Positions 36,650 to 45,909 of a stretch of 64,000 nucleotides of DNA are shown piece after piece; position 1 is the first letter of the stretch, and every line of letters begins with the position of its first letter. Made by a program: the position numbers and the translations under genes. This DNA is from Polyangiaceae bacterium (GTDB taxonomy: Bacteria; Myxococcota_A; Polyangia; Polyangiales; Polyangiaceae): NCBI GenBank assembly GCA_044376115.1, contig JBILLK010000022.1, forward strand, positions 111,026-175,025. Direction: 5' to 3'. The notes under the pieces were generated by a model, which worked only from the letters and a program-made list of their open reading frames with translations, was not told the DNA's origin and made no database searches.

Positions 36650-38224
36650 CTAGTCGGCTGCGTCTTTTGCCGGTTCGGCGTCTTCAGGCGTTGCCTCGGC
36701 TTCAGCCTCCGGCTCCTTTTCCGGCGAAGCCGGCTTGGCTTTCGGCGGATCGGCGACGGGCGCGGGCGCGGCGGCAGGCGCTCGTTCGTAGGTGTAGGTG
36801 AAGCCAGCGCCGATGATATCGAGATGCCAGCTGTAAAGGCCGCCGTTGATGGTGTTGGCGGTGTCGGAGGCGTTGGCCTGCACCGGAACGACCTGCGCCA
36901 AACGTGCTTCCTCAGGAGCCGTCTCCACGGTCTGGATGAATTGGTGCGCGTACACAACGTCCACCCGCGCATCCCCAAAGGACACGCCGAGACCAACGCT
37001 GGGTGTGGCTTTGCCCGAGTCGAGCGTGAGCACCGACTGGTAGGCCGCAGGTACAGCGCTGGTTTCGTAGCTGAAGCCCAGCCGTGGGGTCACAGTGACC
37101 GTGTCGCTCGCGGGGATGGAGTACTCGGCGCCGATCATCCCGGCGATCGAGCTCTGGAAGCCGCGCGGAATCGTGATCTCGGGCAGGTAGTATTCTTTGG
37201 GGAAGCCCGGCAAATTGGTGATCGCCACGCCGTCGGGCAAGACCGATATCTCGTCGTGGATGGCCCAGTACTGAAAGTCGGCGGCGACCTCTACGCGCAG
37301 GCCTTTGACGAGGTCGCGCGCCTCAACGCCGATGCGAGCTTCCCACGGCAACTCGAACTCGAGCGAAGCGTCCTCCCCGATGATCTCCGACGTGCGGTAA
37401 GGAGCGGCATCAGGCAAACGCGTCGTCAACGTGGCGGGCGCGCGAACGTAGGTCGGTAGGTGGAAGGAACCGCCGAGGCGCAGCCCTTCGTAGAACTCCC
37501 ACGTCACGCCCAAGATGCCGGTGGGCGCGATGATCGGCCCCGCGGCGATCTCCGCTTCGAGATCCCACTCGGTGTCTTCGGGCGCGCAGAAAAAGCGCTC
37601 CGGCAAACAGCCGGAGAGCACCTGTCGACTGGTGAAGGTGCCCACCAAGAGCTCGAAGCCGACGCCCAAGGTCAGCTCCTTGACTGGCCGCCACGCGACA
37701 TAACCGCCGAGCGAAGCGAGGATCGAGCCGTCGAGCGAGAGCAACTGATAACGCTGCGGCGCCGGTTGGCCGTCCACCTCGCCTGGGTACGTCGGCAACA
37801 CAGCGTCGGGGGCGAATACGCCCACCGCCACACGCCAATCCTCGTGAGGAACGAAGGAAACGGCCAGCGTCGGGATTGGGATCGGAGGGGCGCTGCCCTC
37901 CACGGTGGGGAAGGTCTGTTCGTAGGTGTTGATGGTCTCGCCGGTGTTCGGATCGACCTGGCGCAAGAGCGCCTGGCGCGTGTACGACGAGCCGAAGATC
38001 AGCGCGCTGCCGTCGAAGAGAAATTGGCCGTCGGCGTCGAAGATCCCGGCGGGGTTGTAGCCGATGGCGCCGAGGTCATCGGCCCCGGCGACGAACGCAC
38101 CGCCGCGCCCGAGCGGGCGAACACCGCGTTGCGCGACGTACAGCCCGCCCGCGTGTGCCTCTGTCTCAACCGCTAGCCAACCAAGAACAAGACCGCAAAG
38201 CGCGTAACGTAGACTCAAGTTCAC
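36650..38224 (-). CDS. OmpP1/FadL-family outer membrane transporter
   Basis: AHA-GGLY, LGRGGAFVAGADD..AIGYNPAG hatch motif, RLGFSYETSAVP. Confidence 0.87.
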   Translation of the reverse strand: MNLSLRYALCGLVLGWLAVETEAHAGGLYVAQRGVRPLGRGGAFVAGADDLGAIGYNPAGIFDADGQFLFDGSALIFGSSYTRQALLRQVDPNTGETINTYEQTFPTVEGSAPPIPIPTLAVSFVPHEDWRVAVGVFAPDAVLPTYPGEVDGQPAPQRYQLLSLDGSILASLGGYVAWRPVKELTLGVGFELLVGTFTSRQVLSGCLPERFFCAPEDTEWDLEAEIAAGPIIAPTGILGVTWEFYEGLRLGGSFHLPTYVRAPATLTTRLPDAAPYRTSEIIGEDASLEFELPWEARIGVEARDLVKGLRVEVAADFQYWAIHDEISVLPDGVAITNLPGFPKEYYLPEITIPRGFQSSIAGMIGAEYSIPASDTVTVTPRLGFSYETSAVPAAYQSVLTLDSGKATPSVGLGVSFGDARVDVVYAHQFIQTVETAPEEARLAQVVPVQANASDTANTINGGLYSWHLDIIGAGFTYTYERAPAAAPAPVADPPKAKPASPEKEPEAEAEATPEDAEPAKDAAD

Positions 38225-41200
38225 GACTTCCTGCGTTTCCGAACGATCGTGTAAATCTGCTCGAGACCGCGCGTTTCACTGAGCATGAAGTCCTCGAGTA
38301 CCTTCATGATCGTGCCGTAGTCGGTCGGGGCGAGCGGAGCCGTTGGATCGCTTGGGTCGATGCGATGCACCTCAGCGATCACATCGATGAAGGTCTCGAT
38401 CGGTGAGAGACCAAGCTCACCGTCGACGCCCGGCACCGGCGTAACGATGTTCGCCAGCACGTGATCCATCACGTGGTACTTGTCGATGTCGTCGGTCGAG
38501 AGCGCCTTGAGCACGCCCAAGGCCGTATCCGCTGCGCCGAGTTCGGGCTGCAGCGCCACCGAGGCCGACTTCATGATCGGCACCATCTTCTCGTCGTCGG
38601 CGAGGATTTGCATCATGTCGACCATCGAAGCGAGCGTTCCCGGCAGGGCCTCGCCGTCCTGGCTCTCGACGATGTGCTTGATGAAACGCTCGAGCGCACG
38701 CCGCGCCTTGGGATCGGCGCGCAGCTTCTCACCGAGATCGACAACCGCGGCCATCAGCGGGGAGCTGAGCGCATCCCCGACCTTCTTCGAAAGGTCCCGG
38801 CGCGCCCACGTGCACTCGGTGCCGCTCTCGCGGTTGGGGCAGTGCGCGTTCAGCTGCTCGCGTACGAGGCGTAAGGTGGTTGCGAGCAAGGGCGCCATGC
38901 CGCGCACCTTGAAGCGGGTGTTCGCGCCGGTGCCCTCGGTCGCCATCAGAACGTCGACGAGCTGCGAGCGCGCCCGTCGCCACTGGCCCTTGCGGAATTC
39001 GCCTTCCGGGTGGTTGTCGAAGGCGACGTCCATCTCATGCAGGGCGTCGGCGAACATGTTGAACGGCGTGGTTTGAGCTTGCTCGGTGCCGTCGGTCCAC
39101 ACGGCCTTCTTGTTGCCGTTCCAATCGGTCATGCCGACTGAAGCTGCATAGGGCTGGCTGATGAAGGCGCGCACGAGCTTCTCCATCACCTGCGGGCCTT
39201 TGAGCACGTCGCCCTTGTCCGGCCCGCGCGCCACCGTGATCGCCTGGTTGTTCGAAGCCTTGGCGAAGGCGTGGAGCGCCGGCACGATATCGGTACGCAG
39301 CGCCTTGTCGATGATCGGCTCGTAGCGATTGAGCCCCGTCCCCGCGCAGTAGGTCGGGTCTGACTTGGGCACCGACGTGGAGCAGAAGGAGCCGTGATCT
39401 TCGCCGGGGTAATGACGCCAGAAGACGTTGGTCAGATCGAAGAACATCTTCTCGCCCGAGAGATCGTTCTTGTCGCAGAACGACGTATCGTCGCTGCAGC
39501 TGACGTTGACGAAGGCGGTCAACACCGGCTGCATGTAGGAGAGGAAGCCGCGCCGCTCCCAGGCGAAGATCGAGTTGCGACCTCGGATGCGGAAGGTCTT
39601 GTCGCTGCTGCTGCACAGCACGTCATCGCCGCATAGCGAGGTCGCGGCCGGATCCATCAGGTTGTAGATGAAGTCGTCGGTGCGCGAGCCTTCGTTGATC
39701 GAGTCGTGATCCGGCATGTTGGGGAAGGCATCGCTGCTGGCCCCGAAGAAGACGAGACGCATCAAAGCGTTGGACGTCGGATGGGTCGTCATCCCGGTCA
39801 GGTCGCTGGACTGCTCAAACATGGCGTCCGGATCTTGAATGCCGCCAAGGAGATCCATGATGCCGTTGAGCGCGTCGCTCTTGAGCACGAACTCGGAGCG
39901 CTTGGGGTGCGTGGGGTCAACCACCGAACCCAAGAAGAACGAGCCGAGATCGTTGATCTCGAACAGCTCGCATTGGTTGTAGTCCCCGACCAGCGGCCAA
40001 TCCACCGAGAGACCGAACAGGTTGGCCTTCACCACCGCGCCATCGCGATTGCAGGTCCGGGCGAAGGCCGCGTCATGCATCAACTGCAGCGTGCGTTCGA
40101 GGTTGGAGCGGTTCTTCCCGGTGCGCGGCGCCGACCAATCCACCGGCGTCTGCGGATCGCCGTAGGAGCCGAGCGTGAGGTTTCTAGACGGACCGTTCAC
40201 GTCGCCTTGATCGTAGGTGAGCTCGTCGATCGTGCTGGCGAACAGCGCCATCGTATCGCCCATGTGGTTCGACGCCCCGTTCGACGAAATCACCACCGGA
40301 TCGGCCAGGCCCACCAGCAGGTCGTTCATCAGGCGAGGTTGATGCGCGATCGCCGAGATGGCCGTCGCGGCCTCATCCCAAACCGGCACCTCGTAGGCAA
40401 GCGACGCGGGCGGCAGCGCGCCCGAAGCAGCCAGAGCGTCGTGCTCGTCGGAGATCGCCTTCACCCGCAAGGCCGCAGCGATCACGCGCGCCAACTCCGC
40501 CTCGTTGTTCTCGGCCATGTCGATCAGCGAGAGCAACATCGCGTCGGAGTCTTTGTCGGCGAGCACCTGACCCAGCGCATGAACCAAGTGCGTAATCGGT
40601 GAGTCTTCCCCGCGAAAGCGCGTGTACTCAGTGCAGCTCTCGCAGTTGGTGCCGACCGGTACCACTTGGTCCTGCTCGAAGTCGTACTCCGCCTGCTCGC
40701 GCGCTCCGAGAATGACCGGTAACGCGGCGAGCGCGTACATCAGCGTCTCGTATTCGCTCTTCCAGTTGTTCGGATCGTCGGCGGGCGCATACTCGGTGGC
40801 ATCGACCAAAGGCCCAACGATGCTAGCGACGGTCGCGGCCGGCGTGCGTGAGGTATCGACGTAGCGGTAGAGCTCGCCTTCCGGCCGACCGTACGCATCC
40901 AGCGGTCCGAGCGACGCCACGCCCGGAATGGCGAAGGGCGTATCGAGCCCGAGCAGGTTACCGCTCGCGTCGATGAAACGACCAAAGCCGTCGACGTCGG
41001 CCGAGCCGTCGCCGTTCACATCGACGAAGCCATTACCGCGCGGGATGGCGTACCCCTTGGTGTCACGGATGGCGATGTACCGCGGGGGATCTTGCGGATT
41101 CGGCGCAAAGCGATCGTCCTCGGTCAGCATCAACTCGCGGGCGAACTCGATCGCCGTACGTTCACGGTTGGGTTGCGCCGTGCTGGCCGTGATCGTGAAC

Positions 41201-42120
41201 GGCTCGAGCGTCGAAAGCTCGGTCGACATGAAGCGCATCTCTTGTTGCAACACCAGCAAGAGCCGCTTCAAGTCGACAGACGCCGCACCCGAAGGGCCAA
41301 GCAGGCTCACCGCGTTGCGCGTGAAGTCACGCAGGTCGGGGTAGGCCATCGCGCCCTTGACCACGCCAAGCCCTACGTTTGCAGGCCGATAGCCTTGGCG
41401 CGCCCAAATCCGCGTGAGCATGCCTTTCGCGTCGTCGTTGCTGCCCACCGCCGCGAATAGATCGCCGAGGCCGCGGGTGGCGGCCGGAGCCAGCGGCGGC
41501 TTGATGCCGCTCGGGTCGTAAGGGTTCGTCGTGTACAGCGTAGAGACGCGCTGACCGAGATCCATCATCGCCGAGAGCAGGTTGACTGTGTCGCCTTCGG
41601 CCTCGGTCGAAGGATCATCGATCTCGACGTCGGGGAAGGTCACGTTGAAGGCGCGCACCAGATCCCGCCGTCGTTTGGCGAGCGCGTTCATCTTGGCAGC
41701 GGCGATCTCCCGAGCCCGCTTGCCCTTTTCGCCTTGCGCCGGCGGCAACACCGAGGAGTCGATCTCCAACGCAAAGTCGCCGTCGGCGTCGGGGTGACAG
41801 ACCGCCTGATACGACGCGCCGGTGAGGTCCTCGCGCAGCACGTCGGCACCCAGCCGATCACAAAGCACGCCGTAAAGATCGTCTCCGAAGGTCAGCTCAG
41901 CGGCGACCTTGCGCGTGGTGTCGAGCGGCTCGTGACACGCACCGAAGGCAGCAGCGCTCGCGACCGCAGCGATCGCTCGAGCAGCGCGGAAAGCCTTGGC
42001 TCCGCTTGGCAACTTCACTCCGCCTGCGGTCTTCGCTCGCTCCGATGACCTGCGCGCGATCGGCGAGCGAGAGTGACGGTTCAGTGGCGAGGAGGTGACC
42101 GAACGACGAGGTGAAGCCAT
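38221..42120 (-). CDS. Large hypothetical lipoprotein (about 1300 aa)
   Basis: Long ORF, lipobox AFGAC, FVDVNGDGSADVD Ca-binding-like loop; coupled to the FadL-like gene. Start may lie downstream. Confidence 0.75.
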   Translation of the reverse strand: MASPRRSVTSSPLNRHSRSPIARRSSERAKTAGGVKLPSGAKAFRAARAIAAVASAAAFGACHEPLDTTRKVAAELTFGDDLYGVLCDRLGADVLREDLTGASYQAVCHPDADGDFALEIDSSVLPPAQGEKGKRAREIAAAKMNALAKRRRDLVRAFNVTFPDVEIDDPSTEAEGDTVNLLSAMMDLGQRVSTLYTTNPYDPSGIKPPLAPAATRGLGDLFAAVGSNDDAKGMLTRIWARQGYRPANVGLGVVKGAMAYPDLRDFTRNAVSLLGPSGAASVDLKRLLLVLQQEMRFMSTELSTLEPFTITASTAQPNRERTAIEFARELMLTEDDRFAPNPQDPPRYIAIRDTKGYAIPRGNGFVDVNGDGSADVDGFGRFIDASGNLLGLDTPFAIPGVASLGPLDAYGRPEGELYRYVDTSRTPAATVASIVGPLVDATEYAPADDPNNWKSEYETLMYALAALPVILGAREQAEYDFEQDQVVPVGTNCESCTEYTRFRGEDSPITHLVHALGQVLADKDSDAMLLSLIDMAENNEAELARVIAAALRVKAISDEHDALAASGALPPASLAYEVPVWDEAATAISAIAHQPRLMNDLLVGLADPVVISSNGASNHMGDTMALFASTIDELTYDQGDVNGPSRNLTLGSYGDPQTPVDWSAPRTGKNRSNLERTLQLMHDAAFARTCNRDGAVVKANLFGLSVDWPLVGDYNQCELFEINDLGSFFLGSVVDPTHPKRSEFVLKSDALNGIMDLLGGIQDPDAMFEQSSDLTGMTTHPTSNALMRLVFFGASSDAFPNMPDHDSINEGSRTDDFIYNLMDPAATSLCGDDVLCSSSDKTFRIRGRNSIFAWERRGFLSYMQPVLTAFVNVSCSDDTSFCDKNDLSGEKMFFDLTNVFWRHYPGEDHGSFCSTSVPKSDPTYCAGTGLNRYEPIIDKALRTDIVPALHAFAKASNNQAITVARGPDKGDVLKGPQVMEKLVRAFISQPYAASVGMTDWNGNKKAVWTDGTEQAQTTPFNMFADALHEMDVAFDNHPEGEFRKGQWRRARSQLVDVLMATEGTGANTRFKVRGMAPLLATTLRLVREQLNAHCPNRESGTECTWARRDLSKKVGDALSSPLMAAVVDLGEKLRADPKARRALERFIKHIVESQDGEALPGTLASMVDMMQILADDEKMVPIMKSASVALQPELGAADTALGVLKALSTDDIDKYHVMDHVLANIVTPVPGVDGELGLSPIETFIDVIAEVHRIDPSDPTAPLAPTDYGTIMKVLEDFMLSETRGLEQIYTIVRKRRKS

Positions 42121-42397
42121 GCTCTAGCCAGGCTAGATGACTCGTGCCGACGTCGAAAGTGCAAGGGGCCTGCGGCCGTCGTTTCCTCAGAGGGCACGAG
42201 TCATCCTTGTTGCTGCATCCGCCTTTGGCGGAATGACTCACGCCAACTCACAAGGACAACGGCGGTTGAGCAAAACGTTCTGGCGACCAGATCAACCAAG
42301 GGGCTCTGACGCGTCGCATCATGCCGAACAAGGCCTCGGGCCGGTTGGTACACTTTCGGCTTCGAGTTGCTGCCTCGGTCAATGCTAGGTTCGCCGC

Positions 42398-43789
42398 ATG
42401 GCACAGATCACAGCGATCATCTTGGCGGCTGGGCAAGGCACACGAATGAAGAGCACGCGGGCCAAGGTCCTGTTCGAGCTCTGTGGGCGAACCATGGTGA
42501 GCCACGTGCTCGAGGCCACCTTCTCTGCCGGGGTCAATGACGCCGTGGTCGTGGTCGGTCATCAGGCCGACTCGGTGAAGGCTGCGCTCGCGGCCTACGA
42601 GGGGCGCGTACGCACGGCGCTTCAGGCGGAGCAAAAGGGCACGGGACACGCGGTGGTTTGCGCGCTCGGTGAGTTGCCCGAAGGCTCGGAGATCGCCCTC
42701 GTTCTGTGCGGTGATACGCCGCTCTTGCGCGGCGAAGACCTGGCTAAGTTGATCGCCGGGCTGAACGCGCACCCGGAGGCGCAATTGTCGATGTTGACCT
42801 GCCAAGTGGAAGACCCCACCGGCTACGGCCGCATCGTGCGCAACGCAGATGGGGCCATCACGGCGATCGTCGAGCACCGCGACGCCGACGAGACCATCCG
42901 CGCGGTTCGCGAGATCAACCCCGCCATGTACGCTGTGCGCGTGCCCTTCCTCAAAGCAGCGCTGGGCGCGCTCAAGCCCAACAACGCCCAAGGCGAGTAC
43001 TACTTTACCGACGTCGTTGCGATCGCGGCGAAGGAACGCGGCGTCGTCGGCGTCACGAGCAACGATCCGACTTCGCTCGGTGGCATCAACGATCGCGTGC
43101 AATTGGAAGTCGCCGAGCGCGAGCTCTATCAGCGCATCGCCGACCGTTTTCGGCGCGAAGGCGTCAGCGTCCGCGGCAACGCGCGCATCGACGCCAGCGT
43201 TCGCATCGAGCCGGAGGCCGTGATTGAAGATGCCGTCGTGCTGCGCGGCCAAACCACGGTCGGAGCGGGCGCCATGATCGACGTGGGCTCGGTGCTGACC
43301 AACGTCAGCGTAGCCGCCGGAGCGAAGCTGAAGCCGTACACGGTGGCCACCCAATCGACGATCGGCGAGCGCGCCGAGATCGGCCCGTTCTCGCATTTGC
43401 GCCCAGACAGCGTGATCGGGGAGACGGCGCACGTAGGCAACTTCGTTGAAACCAAGAAGACCACCTTGCACAAGGGCGCCAAGGCGAACCACCTGGCGTA
43501 CCTCGGCGACGGTGAGATCGGCGAGGGCGCCAACGTCGGAGCCGGTACCATTTTCTGCAACTACGACGGCTTCAAGAAGCACAAGACCGACATCGGCAAA
43601 GGCGCCTTCATCGGCAGTGATTCACAGCTGGTTGCCCCGATCCGCATCGGAGACAACGCCTACGTGGCGACCGGAACTACCGTAACCCGCGATGTCCCCG
43701 ACGGCGCCCTGGCGATCTCCCGCGTCAAGCAGGAGAACAAAGAAGGCTATGCCGAGCGACTCAAAGCGAGACTAAAGTCGAGGACCTGA
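42398..43789 (+). CDS. glmU: Bifunctional UDP-GlcNAc pyrophosphorylase / glucosamine-1-phosphate N-acetyltransferase
   Basis: ILAAGQGTRMKS, GTGHAV, GYGRIVR, QGEYYFTD, GNFVETK, HLAYLGD, CNYDG. Confidence 0.97.
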   Translation: MAQITAIILAAGQGTRMKSTRAKVLFELCGRTMVSHVLEATFSAGVNDAVVVVGHQADSVKAALAAYEGRVRTALQAEQKGTGHAVVCALGELPEGSEIALVLCGDTPLLRGEDLAKLIAGLNAHPEAQLSMLTCQVEDPTGYGRIVRNADGAITAIVEHRDADETIRAVREINPAMYAVRVPFLKAALGALKPNNAQGEYYFTDVVAIAAKERGVVGVTSNDPTSLGGINDRVQLEVAERELYQRIADRFRREGVSVRGNARIDASVRIEPEAVIEDAVVLRGQTTVGAGAMIDVGSVLTNVSVAAGAKLKPYTVATQSTIGERAEIGPFSHLRPDSVIGETAHVGNFVETKKTTLHKGAKANHLAYLGDGEIGEGANVGAGTIFCNYDGFKKHKTDIGKGAFIGSDSQLVAPIRIGDNAYVATGTTVTRDVPDGALAISRVKQENKEGYAERLKARLKSRT

Positions 43790-44310
43790 TGAGGCGCTGC
43801 TCGTTTCTCGTTCCGTTGCTGTTGACCAGCCTCGCTAGCGGCTGCAACAAGGTCACGCCCACGCCCGTGGGCACGTCGGTCATCTCGTGGGACGTCGACA
43901 AACCGCGCAAGGACGAGCTGGCCAAGGCGAAGATCGGCGAACGCAGCAAAAAGAAGTTCGTCGTGTTGATGCGCCCGCCGGGCGACGCGCCGGCCGTGGA
44001 ATTCGCGCTCGACATCGAGGTCGCGCCCTTCGACTTGGTCACCCGCACCGAAGCGCACTACCTCAAGACGCCTGCGTCGGTCGCAGTGGAGGTCACCAAG
44101 AACGAGCGTTGGGTGGCCACCGGCAAGTGCGATGCGGAGGGTGTTGCGATGCCCACCGCCCCGCCTCCTGCGCCCCTCACCCTCTCCTGCTCGCTGGCCC
44201 TCACCGGCGCGAAGCAGGAGGCTTACGGCACGTTCCTGGTGATCAAAGGGGACGGCACGGTGGACTTCAACGGCAACTACGACACCACCGTACTGATCTC
44301 CGCGAAGTAG
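43789..44310 (+). CDS. Hypothetical lipoprotein
   Basis: Lipobox ASGC; start overlaps the glmU stop. Confidence 0.7.
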   Translation: MRRCSFLVPLLLTSLASGCNKVTPTPVGTSVISWDVDKPRKDELAKAKIGERSKKKFVVLMRPPGDAPAVEFALDIEVAPFDLVTRTEAHYLKTPASVAVEVTKNERWVATGKCDAEGVAMPTAPPPAPLTLSCSLALTGAKQEAYGTFLVIKGDGTVDFNGNYDTTVLISAK

Positions 44311-44350
44311 CGTGACCGCGGGGCGAGGACGAGGCCCGCGGGCACTGCAC

Positions 44351-45907
44351 TCAGCCGATCACGTCGGAGTGGCGCTTCTCAGCGACCCGCAAGTTGAGCG
44401 TCGTGCGGCCGTAGCTCGGCAGCTGCACAGACCACGAAATGAAGCCGTTGGCGTCGGGCTGCTTGGCTTCGGTCGTCTCCTCCGCGACCACCGAGAACTT
44501 GAGCTTCTCGATCTCCGAGACCGGCACACGCTCCTCCACGGTCAGCGCGATCGCTGAAGCGCCGAGGTTGGACAGCTTGATGCGCACGTCGTGAATGCGC
44601 GTGGTCCATGAGCTGAGCAGGGCGGTCTTGTCGGGCCGCGGGATGAGCTCGCGCTGCACCTGAAGATTCGGATCGGGGCCGAAGCCCAGCGTCATCGGCT
44701 CTTGCACCGCAACGAAGTCGATGGTTGTCGTGCCGATGATCTCCCCTTCGCGGAGCAGCTCGACCGGACCGGGCAATAGCGGATGAGGCGCGCTATTGCG
44801 AAACTTCGCCCGCAGCGAAGAGAACAGCGAGAGCTCCGGCTGCACGACCAGATCCACGGTGCACTCGGGCGCTTGGCTGAACAACTCGAGATGTTGCGGA
44901 CGCCCAGTACTCGGTACGCTCACGCGACCATTGCTGGTGAGCGAAATGGGTCGACCGCCGTCGTCGATGCCCGGGACTTGCGTGCTCTGTACGCGTCGTT
45001 CGACGCCCTCGGGACCCAACGTATCAACGCTCTCTTCGCGCGCCTCAACCACCAGCGCGCCGCGCCGTTGCACGTACAGAACGTCGGCGCTCAACGGCGG
45101 TGGTGCCCCACCCAAAGACGGCCGTTCGCTCGAGAAGGTCAACACCACGTCGGACCAGGCTTCTCCGGTGTTTTGCCAAACCGTGGCCAACGCCTCCACG
45201 CTCAAACAGCCGCCTGCGAGTTCAGCGCGGTAACGCGGCCGCCAAGCCACGTTGGGCACGACGTAACGCAAGAGCCCCTCGAAGGTGCGCGGCTTGCCGC
45301 CCGTCTCGGCCTTGACCGTCAATCGCAAGGTCGCGCTCTCCCGCGCGGCCGGGGCTTGCGCACGTAGCGTTCGCGCTTGCTCCAGCGCGGCCTCAGCGAC
45401 CGCGAGCTCACTCTCGAGTTGTGCGAGCTCGCGAGCGGCCGCACGCAGCTCGCCGATCAGCTCCTCGACCGACTTCGGATCGGCGTCGACCCCGCGAGCG
45501 GCGTCTTGCGCGACTTCGTCCCAATGCAGCGCTTGCAGCGTCCGCAAGCGAGCGAGCTGGGCCGCCTGTTGTTCGCGTTTGAAGCGCAACAGCAGCACCT
45601 TCGACTGCGCGTTCATGAGCCCCAGTTCGCCCTCGCGCTGCTCTCCCGGCAGCTCGCTCTCGCCGTTCCGTTGTTCACGTTTGATCGCACAATCGAGGGC
45701 CCGCGCCCCGGGTTCGGTGAAGGAGAGCGAGAGCGTCTTGTCGACCAATAGCGGTGACACCTCGGTCACCAGCAGCTCCGCCTCGCCGGCCAGCTCGACG
45801 GTGAAGCGGCGCGTGACGAGGGCGCGGTCTTCGAGCACCGTCACCTCGGTGACGGGAGCCTCGACGTTAATCGCTTGGACTGGCTGCAAACTTTGAGCGC
45901 GGTACAT
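44351..45907 (-). CDS. DUF4140/DUF4139 (MuiA-like) protein
   Basis: VTEVTVLEDRALVTR, coiled coil, AWRPRY, VWQNTGEAWSDV, EERVPVSE. Confidence 0.87.
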   Translation of the reverse strand: MYRAQSLQPVQAINVEAPVTEVTVLEDRALVTRRFTVELAGEAELLVTEVSPLLVDKTLSLSFTEPGARALDCAIKREQRNGESELPGEQREGELGLMNAQSKVLLLRFKREQQAAQLARLRTLQALHWDEVAQDAARGVDADPKSVEELIGELRAAARELAQLESELAVAEAALEQARTLRAQAPAARESATLRLTVKAETGGKPRTFEGLLRYVVPNVAWRPRYRAELAGGCLSVEALATVWQNTGEAWSDVVLTFSSERPSLGGAPPPLSADVLYVQRRGALVVEAREESVDTLGPEGVERRVQSTQVPGIDDGGRPISLTSNGRVSVPSTGRPQHLELFSQAPECTVDLVVQPELSLFSSLRAKFRNSAPHPLLPGPVELLREGEIIGTTTIDFVAVQEPMTLGFGPDPNLQVQRELIPRPDKTALLSSWTTRIHDVRIKLSNLGASAIALTVEERVPVSEIEKLKFSVVAEETTEAKQPDANGFISWSVQLPSYGRTTLNLRVAEKRHSDVIG

Positions 45908-45909
45908 GG

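Noticed and set aside
42248..43582. Long antisense ORFs (also 55157-56569, 15492-16568, 26004-27221, 260-1108)
   Set aside because: Shadow frames of GC-rich genes; Arg/Ala-rich with no recognisable motifs.
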